Made by a program: the position numbers and the translations under genes. Positions 57,864 to 64,000 of a stretch of 64,000 nucleotides of DNA are shown piece after piece. Source of the stretch: an uncultured Acidobacteriota bacterium (GTDB lineage: Bacteria > Acidobacteriota > Thermoanaerobaculia > Gp7-AA8); contig CAWGHO010000002.1 in NCBI GenBank assembly GCA_963822445.1, forward strand, positions 64,001 to 128,000, given 5' to 3'. The notes under the pieces were generated by a model. It had not been told where the DNA came from. It ran no database searches and was given only the letters and a program-made list of their open reading frames with translations. Within the stretch, counting starts at the first letter, position 1; each line of letters opens with the position of its first letter.

Positions 57864-60255
57864 CACACCGCGGACGCTGGCCCTCGCCGTCGCGCTGATC
57901 TCCGGCGCCGCACTCGCGTACGAGATCCTGCTGATCCGCCTCTTCTCCATCATCGAGTGGCATCACCTCGCCTTCCTCATCATCAGCCTGGCCCTCCTCG
58001 GCTACGGAGCCAGCGGCACGATGCTCGCCCTCGCGCGGCAACCGCTCCTGCGGCATTTCGAGCGTGTCGCGGCGACGGCGTCGACGGCGTTTGGCGCGAC
58101 CTCCGTCGGCGCATTCGTGATCGCCCAACGGATCGAGTTGAACTCGCTGGAGATTTTCTGGAGCACACAGCAGTTCGGCCGGCTTTTCCTCCTGTATCTC
58201 CTGTTCGCCGTACCGTTCTTCTGCGCGGCCACGGCAATCGGTCTGACGCTGACGAAGCACGGCGGCGACTCGCCGCGTCTCTATCGCGCCGATCTGATCG
58301 GCGGCGGATTGAGCGCGGCCGCGGCGACCGCGCTGTTGTTCGTCGTCCATCCGATCACCGCGCTGCAGATCGTCGCGGTTGCCGGCTTCATCGCGGCGTC
58401 GCTGTTCGCAATGCGTTGGAAGACGATCGCCATTGGTGTCGCGGGAGTCGTCGCGATCCTCGCCGCGCGACCGCTGCTGCTGCCGTTGCGCATGTCCCAG
58501 TTCAAGGAGCTGCGTCAGGCGATGCGGATCCCCGAGGCTCGGGTTGTTGATGAGCGATCGAGCCCGCATGGCCTGCTCACGTCCGTCGTCAGTCCTGCAG
58601 TTCCGTTCCGGCACGCGCCGGGTCTCAGCCTGGCCTTCACCGGCGAGATCACGGAGCAGATCGCCGTCTTCACCGACGGCGGCGGCCTGACGCCGGTCGT
58701 GCGTTACGACGGGAATCCGGCGTCGGTCGCATACCTCGACTTTCTTCCGACCGCGATCGTGTACCACGCCGGAATGCCGAAGCGGCGCGTGGCCGTGATC
58801 GGTGCGGGCGGCGGATCGGAGGTGCTTTCCGCGCTCGTGCATGGGGCGGAGGAGGTGATCGCGGTCGAGCTCAACCCGCAGATGATCGAGGTTGCGCGGA
58901 AGTTCGGTGCGCCTTACGACGATCCGCGCGTGCGCGTGGTGAAAGCCGAAGCGCGCCGATTCATTCGCGAATCGGATGCGAAGTACGACGCGATTCAGAT
59001 CGCTCTCGTCGGCTCGCACGGCGCGTCCGCCGCCGGCGTGCAGGCGCTGGGCGAGAACTTTCTCTACACGACCGAGGCGATGCGGGAGTTGATCGCGCAT
59101 TTGCGTCCGGATGGGTATCTGGCCATCACCCGCTGGATGCAGGCGCCGCCGCGCGAGGTCGTGAAGCTGGTGGCGACGGCGATCGTCGCGCAGGACTTTC
59201 CACACATGCGCACGGCGCTGATCCGAGGATGGAACACCGCCACGGTGGTTGTGAAAAACGGCGACTTCACGCACGAAGAGCTCGCCGCACTGCGGCGTTT
59301 CTGCGACGAACGCTTTTTCGATCTCGACTACGCGCCGGAAGTCCGCCGCGAAGAAACGAACCAGTTCAACGTGCTCGATGAGCCGTATCTGTTCGACGTG
59401 GTCGGGTCGATTCTGCCGCGCGGCCCGGGTCGCGAGGATTTCTTCGAGCGCTACAAGTTCAACGTCCGGCCGGCGACGGACGAGCGGCCCTACTTTTCCC
59501 ACTCCTTCCGTTGGCGCGCGCTTCCCGAGTTTCTGCGGATGCGCGCGCGCGGAGGCCTGCCGATGCTCGAATGGGGTTACCTCGTGCTCATCGCCGGTCT
59601 CGCGCAGGCCCTGGTCGCCTCCATCGCGCTCATCCTTCTGCCGCTGCTCTTCGTCCGCCGCCGCCTGTCGCCTGCGCGCGAGCCGGCGTGGCGGCTGATC
59701 GTCTACTTCGGCGCGATCGGCCTCGCCTTTCTCTTCATCGAGATCGCCTTCATGCAGCGTCTCACGCTCTTCCTCGGCCAGCCGCTCTACGCGATCGCCG
59801 TCGTCCTCTCATCGTTTCTCGTCTTCGGCGGACTCGGAAGCGGCGCCTCGGCAAGAATCGACGCGAGACGCGCGCGTCTCGTGCCGCTGTTCGTCGCGGC
59901 CATCGCCGTGATCGCGCTCATCGTCGTCCGCCTGCTCACCGGCCTCACCCTCGGCCTTCCCGATCCGGCCAGAATCGCCATCAGCGTCGCCCTGGTGGCA
60001 CCGCTCGCCTTCGCGATGGGGATGCCCTTCCCGCTCGGCCTACGCAGACTCGCCGCCGTCGATGAAGCCGCGATTCCGTGGGCCTGGGGCATCAACGGCA
60101 CGGCCTCCGTCCTCAGCTCAATGCTGGCGACGCTCGTCGCGGTGCACTTCGGGTTTTCGGTGCTCGTGGCGATCGCGGCGGGGTTGTACGCGGTGGCGGC
60201 GACCGGCCTTCGCGGAAACGAAAACGCCGGCCTAGAGGCCGGCGTAAGTTCTTGA
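57853..60255 (+). CDS. Membrane-embedded spermidine-synthase-like SAM-dependent transferase
   Basis: N- and C-terminal TM bundles (AYEILLIR, LY.ADL.G, GMPFP.G, WAWGING); central VIGAGGG..VELNP; PATDERPYF. Confidence 0.82.
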   Translation: MRDSTPRTLALAVALISGAALAYEILLIRLFSIIEWHHLAFLIISLALLGYGASGTMLALARQPLLRHFERVAATASTAFGATSVGAFVIAQRIELNSLEIFWSTQQFGRLFLLYLLFAVPFFCAATAIGLTLTKHGGDSPRLYRADLIGGGLSAAAATALLFVVHPITALQIVAVAGFIAASLFAMRWKTIAIGVAGVVAILAARPLLLPLRMSQFKELRQAMRIPEARVVDERSSPHGLLTSVVSPAVPFRHAPGLSLAFTGEITEQIAVFTDGGGLTPVVRYDGNPASVAYLDFLPTAIVYHAGMPKRRVAVIGAGGGSEVLSALVHGAEEVIAVELNPQMIEVARKFGAPYDDPRVRVVKAEARRFIRESDAKYDAIQIALVGSHGASAAGVQALGENFLYTTEAMRELIAHLRPDGYLAITRWMQAPPREVVKLVATAIVAQDFPHMRTALIRGWNTATVVVKNGDFTHEELAALRRFCDERFFDLDYAPEVRREETNQFNVLDEPYLFDVVGSILPRGPGREDFFERYKFNVRPATDERPYFSHSFRWRALPEFLRMRARGGLPMLEWGYLVLIAGLAQALVASIALILLPLLFVRRRLSPAREPAWRLIVYFGAIGLAFLFIEIAFMQRLTLFLGQPLYAIAVVLSSFLVFGGLGSGASARIDARRARLVPLFVAAIAVIALIVVRLLTGLTLGLPDPARIAISVALVAPLAFAMGMPFPLGLRRLAAVDEAAIPWAWGINGTASVLSSMLATLVAVHFGFSVLVAIAAGLYAVAATGLRGNENAGLEAGVSS
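60216..60245 (-). terminator. Probable terminator downstream of tRNA-Thr
   Basis: ACGCCGGCC-tcta-GGCCGGCGT-TTTCGTTT on the minus strand. Confidence 0.65.
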
Positions 60256-60260
60256 AAACG

Positions 60261-60336
60261 TGGAGCCGATGACCGGACTCGAACCGGTGACCTGCTGATT
60301 ACGAATCAGCTGCTCTACCAACTGAGCTACATCGGC
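60261..60336 (-). tRNA. tRNA-Thr(CGT)
   Basis: Reverse complement GCCGATGTAGCTCAGTTGGTAGAGCAGCTGATTCGTAATCAGCAGGTCACCGGTTCGAGTCCGGTCATCGGCTCCA. Confidence 0.96.
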
Positions 60337-60433
60337 GCGTTTGAGCGGGCAGGGTAACAGCGAGGGGGCGGATTCTATTCGCCCTTTCCGCGGCTGTCGA
60401 GAGCGAGGCGGATGGTAGGATTTCGGCCGGCCT

Positions 60434-60509
60434 GCGCCCTTAGCTCAATGGATAGAGCAGCGGTCTTCGGAACCGCTGGTTGGGGGTTCGAGTCCCTCAG
60501 GGCGCGCCA
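60434..60509 (+). tRNA. tRNA-Arg(TCG)
   Basis: GCGCCCTTAGCTCAATGGATAGAGCAGCGGTCTTCGGAACCGCTGGTTGGGGGTTCGAGTCCCTCAGGGCGCGCCA; anticodon loop CTTCGGA. Confidence 0.94.
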
Positions 60510-60518
60510 AATCACACC

Positions 60519-62024
60519 TTGCCGAAATCCGAACGAATCCTTCTCTGGTCGCTGGCCGCGCTCTCCCTCGGGCTGCGGGCGGTCGCCTTCTTCAACTACC
60601 GCTTCGACGCGGACGAGCAGCAGCACCTGCATGTGACCTGGGGCTGGACCGCCGGGCTCGTCCAGTACCGCGACTACTTCGACAACCACGCACCCCTCTT
60701 CCACCTGACCACCGCGCCGCTCCTGGCCCTCCTCGGCGAGCGGCGGGACATCCTCCACTGGATGCGCGTCCCCATGCTCGTCGTCTTCGCGATCGTGCTC
60801 TGGGCGACGTATGTGATCGCGCGCCGGCTGTACGACGAGCGGGTGGCGACATGGTCGGTGGTTCTGCTCAGCCTCTTCCCGCCGTTCTTTCTGAAGTCGC
60901 TCGAGTACCGGACCGACAACCTCTGGACGATGTTCTGGATGATTGCCCTGGTCCTGCTGATCCGCGAGCGCAGCATGTTCCTCGCCGGCCTGCTTCTCGG
61001 CTGCGCGATGGCCACCTCGCTCAAAACGACTTTGCTCGTGTTCAGCATCGTCGTCGCGGCGATCCTCGCCAAGCGCGGAGGGAACTGGCTCAAGGCGGCG
61101 ATCGGATTCGCGATCGTGCCCGTCGCACTGCTGATCTTCTTCGCGGTCGTCGGGGCGTGGGACCAGCTGGTCTACTGCACGCTGACTTTCAACGGCAATG
61201 TCGCGTTGACTCGCAACAACCTCTGGATTCAGCGCGCGATTTTTCCATTCACCGCCGCGGCGCTGCTGTGGGCCGCGTTGCGCTTTCGCAGGACCGAGCA
61301 TCCCTGGCGCTACTTTTTCGCCGTGGCGATGGGCGTCTTCACGGTCACGCTCGCAGGTTTCTGGGTGCTGATCTCGCCGCGCGACCTTCTGCCGCTGATG
61401 CCTCTCGCGGCGATCTTCGCTGCGGCCGCGCTGACGCGTGCGCGACGGCCGCTTCATGCGATCGGTGCGACGGCGGCGGTCTTCCTCATCGCGCTCTGGT
61501 ACTACGGCGATCGCTTCGCGAACAAGACCGCCTGGCACACCACGATGATGGATCAGGTCCTCCGCCTCTCCCGTCCCGGCGAGCCGCTGATCGATCACAA
61601 GGGCGAGACCATCTTCCGGCCGCGGCCGTTCTACTTCATCTTCGAGAACATCACCCGCGCGCAAATGGCCCGGGGCATCATCAAGGACACGCTGCCCGAG
61701 GATGTCGTTCGCACGCGCACGTACGTCGCGCAGGCCGACGGCGCGATGTGGCCGCCGCGAGCCCGCGCCTTCCTCTCCGAAAACTTCGTCAACCTCGGGC
61801 GCCTCCGCGCGGCCGGCCAATGGCTGCGCGAGGACGGCACGTACACCATCGCCATCCCCGGCGAATACGTGATCGTCAGCGAGCGCGGTGCGATCGGTCC
61901 ATCACGCGTGCTGCAGGCGGGCAGTTATCGCCACGCCGGGTCGCGCGAGCGGCTGGCAGTGGTGTGGGCGCCCGCGATCGAGCGCGGCCACTCTCCGTTT
62001 CATCTGCGCGATACCGATTTCTGA
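60519..62024 (+). CDS. GT-C (ArnT/PMT-like) membrane glycosyltransferase
   Basis: DADEQQH, YRDYFDNHAPL, EYRTD motifs; multi-TM; TTG start inferred. Confidence 0.78.
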   Translation: MPKSERILLWSLAALSLGLRAVAFFNYRFDADEQQHLHVTWGWTAGLVQYRDYFDNHAPLFHLTTAPLLALLGERRDILHWMRVPMLVVFAIVLWATYVIARRLYDERVATWSVVLLSLFPPFFLKSLEYRTDNLWTMFWMIALVLLIRERSMFLAGLLLGCAMATSLKTTLLVFSIVVAAILAKRGGNWLKAAIGFAIVPVALLIFFAVVGAWDQLVYCTLTFNGNVALTRNNLWIQRAIFPFTAAALLWAALRFRRTEHPWRYFFAVAMGVFTVTLAGFWVLISPRDLLPLMPLAAIFAAAALTRARRPLHAIGATAAVFLIALWYYGDRFANKTAWHTTMMDQVLRLSRPGEPLIDHKGETIFRPRPFYFIFENITRAQMARGIIKDTLPEDVVRTRTYVAQADGAMWPPRARAFLSENFVNLGRLRAAGQWLREDGTYTIAIPGEYVIVSERGAIGPSRVLQAGSYRHAGSRERLAVVWAPAIERGHSPFHLRDTDF

Positions 62025-62025
62025 G

Positions 62026-64000
62026 CTACTGCACTCCCGAGCGAAGGTCGTTGATGTGCGACGCGCGCACGACCGACAACCCGGGAACGCTGTACGAAAC
62101 CGGCGGCAGTCCGATTGCCGATCGGGCGGCGGCAAGCGCTTCACGCAGCTGAGCGATGTGCACCGCTTTGATCCTCGCTCCGGAAAGCGACGTGTCGACA
62201 AAGTTCTGCGACGGCAAAACCGCCGCGGTGCGCATGGCGTTGACCGCGGTGCGCAGCTGCAGGATGTGCGTTGCCTTGACCGGGGTGACGCCGGCCAGGA
62301 TCGTCGGGTCGGTGAACATAACCGTCGTGGCCGGATCGAGATTGCTGTACGAGAGCACTCCCGACGCACCGATCGCGCGCACGCGATAGAGGTACGTGCG
62401 GTTCGACGCGAGTCCGGTGTCGGTGTGCGACAGCGAGGAAGTAGCCGTGACCAGACCGAGGCTGCCGCCGTTCGATGAGCGGTAGATCTCGTAACTCGAC
62501 GCGCCGCTCACGGCGGCCCACGTCAACGACGCGGCGCTCGTGCTCGTAGCGGTCGCCGTCAGCGAGAACATCGGCACACCCGCGGCGTTCTGGGTGATGT
62601 TGATGGCGCGGCCGGCGATCCGGATCGTCCCGCTGCGCGCGGTGCCGGTGACGTTTTCGCCGATGACGTAGTAGACGGCCGTTGCCGTGACCGACGAGAT
62701 CTGGATGAAGGCCGACCCGCTTTCGACGACTGCTTCGAATTCGCACGCGGACGTCACGTTGATCGTCCCGGTGCCCGACGCCGAGGTGTGACTCTTCCAC
62801 AGCGGCGAAAACTGGTAGAGGCATTCCGTGGCGGACTGCCGCACCGTCACGTTGATTCCCGCGACGACGAGCGTGCCGACGCGCTCCGCGCCGGTGTTAT
62901 TTGCCTGAACCGTGTACCGCGTGACGCCCTCACCCTGTCCGCCCGTGCCGCTGGTGAGCACGATCCAGGAGCTCGCCGTCGATGAGCTCCAGAAGCACGC
63001 GCTGTTCGTCGTCACCGCCACCTCCCCTTCCCCACCCGATGCCGGCAACGCGACGCTCGTCGGCTGCGCCGAATACGTGCAGCCGCCCGATTGCTGGACG
63101 TTGCGGTAGACGCCGTTGAGATAGACACCGGCGTTCCGGCTGGGACCTTCATTCGGCGCGACGGACACCGTGACCGTGGCATTGCCGCTGCCGAAGCCCG
63201 ACACCGGCGAGGTGATCGTCAGCCAGCTCTCTTCCGTCTCGACGGTCCACGCGCAGACGTCCGTGGTGGTGATGTTGAAGGTGACCGTGCCTCCGGCGGC
63301 ACCGATCGAAGCCGACTCCGGCGAGTACGAATACGCACATCCGCTCTGCTGCTCGATGTTGAACGTTTTGTCCGCGATGGTGAGCTCCGCGTCGCGCGTC
63401 GGGCTCCCGGCGTTCGACGCGTGCTGATACGTGATGATCGCGTTGCCCGTGCCCGACGTTGGACTGGCCGTGAGCCACGCTGCGTTGCTCGACACCGACC
63501 AGCCGCAATGGCTGGCCGTGGTCAGCGAGATCGTTCCGCTTCCGGCGGACGAACCAACCATGACCCAGTCCGGACTGATCGTGATCTGGCAGTCGACATT
63601 CGCCCGCGATCCCGCGAACTCGCGAAGGATGTTGCGCGTGATCTGCCGAGCACCGTGGCTGACGGGCGCATTGGGGTGATTGTGGCCGTTCCAGCTGTCC
63701 AGTCCCCACGCCCATTGAATCGATCCCGTCGCGAACACCCACGCCGCTCCGGCGTCGTAGATGGTCATATCCGAATGCATCGTGCCGCCCGCGGTCGGAA
63801 ACGGCGAGTGGCCGAGACGCACGGTTCCCGGCGGCGTGAACTGGTTCATCGCGTCGACTTCGTAGCCGAGGAGGCCCGGCAGCGACGAACCGGTGGTAAG
63901 TCCGGTCTCCGCGAACACCCACGGCTGGCTGGTGACGTCGTCGATGACGATCGCTTCGTCGACCGGGTAGTAGATGTACTGCACGCCGATCAGCGCGGCC
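62026..64000 (-). CDS. Surface protein: N,N-dimethylformamidase-beta-like domain (partial) + BACON repeats + FN3 + C-terminal repeated-helix domain; 5' end outside the window
   Basis: LLGYEVD, VFATGSIQWAWGLD, QITRNIL; repeats of C.W.....WL.....G.G.......N....R.......Q; LTWAAVSGASSYEIYRS...YLYRVRA. Confidence 0.82.
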   Translation of the reverse strand, partial: AALIGVQYIYYPVDEAIVIDDVTSQPWVFAETGLTTGSSLPGLLGYEVDAMNQFTPPGTVRLGHSPFPTAGGTMHSDMTIYDAGAAWVFATGSIQWAWGLDSWNGHNHPNAPVSHGARQITRNILREFAGSRANVDCQITISPDWVMVGSSAGSGTISLTTASHCGWSVSSNAAWLTASPTSGTGNAIITYQHASNAGSPTRDAELTIADKTFNIEQQSGCAYSYSPESASIGAAGGTVTFNITTTDVCAWTVETEESWLTITSPVSGFGSGNATVTVSVAPNEGPSRNAGVYLNGVYRNVQQSGGCTYSAQPTSVALPASGGEGEVAVTTNSACFWSSSTASSWIVLTSGTGGQGEGVTRYTVQANNTGAERVGTLVVAGINVTVRQSATECLYQFSPLWKSHTSASGTGTINVTSACEFEAVVESGSAFIQISSVTATAVYYVIGENVTGTARSGTIRIAGRAINITQNAAGVPMFSLTATATSTSAASLTWAAVSGASSYEIYRSSNGGSLGLVTATSSLSHTDTGLASNRTYLYRVRAIGASGVLSYSNLDPATTVMFTDPTILAGVTPVKATHILQLRTAVNAMRTAAVLPSQNFVDTSLSGARIKAVHIAQLREALAAARSAIGLPPVSYSVPGLSVVRASHINDLRSGVQ

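Noticed and set aside
55940-60260. Island integrated at tRNA-Thr spanning the Cys-rich gene to the tRNA
   Set aside because: No duplicated tRNA 3' end or integrase was seen, and pcm and the membrane transferase have host-like codon style. Only the Cys-rich cassette looks foreign.

Overview
GC-rich, very compact bacterial chromosome segment. Gene families (acidobacterial-type VWA protein, Oar-like TonB receptor, 'AGxxRGANGxFxRSD' secreted proteins, BACON proteins) suggest Acidobacteriota, probably Thermoanaerobaculia; this is an inference. From left to right: (1) the end of a probable island at the 3' end of tRNA-Gly(CCC), with a NitT/TauT ABC transporter, a U32-family Fe-S protein and a decayed gene; (2) a receiver/MetE-like/hybrid-kinase operon, an ABC exporter, Crp and an atypical Xer-like recombinase; (3) housekeeping genes (Slt-like, VWA, mfd with clustered +1 frameshifts that are probably sequencing errors, two PPIases, cobB, radC, ilvE, rhomboid, rpsF-rpsR-DUF2232-rplI); (4) a LacI-controlled, probably beta-1,2-glucan utilisation locus; (5) the best novel-system candidate, 45.3-54.4 kb: a CHASE8-HAMP-PP2C / HATPase kinase / STAS / Zn-ribbon-Ser/Thr-kinase-REC partner-switch operon converging on a TonB-dependent receptor with a lone CxxCH motif and a large TPR + periplasmic-binding-domain protein; (6) an AT-richer secreted Cys-rich pre-pro-protein, pcm plus a membrane spermidine-synthase-like protein, tRNA-Thr(CGT), tRNA-Arg(TCG), a GT-C glycosyltransferase and a truncated BACON/FN3 surface protein. 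A palindromic heptamer repeat appears to have become the lipoprotein signal peptide of the sugar-binding protein. All family calls come from motif recognition by eye; no searches were run.
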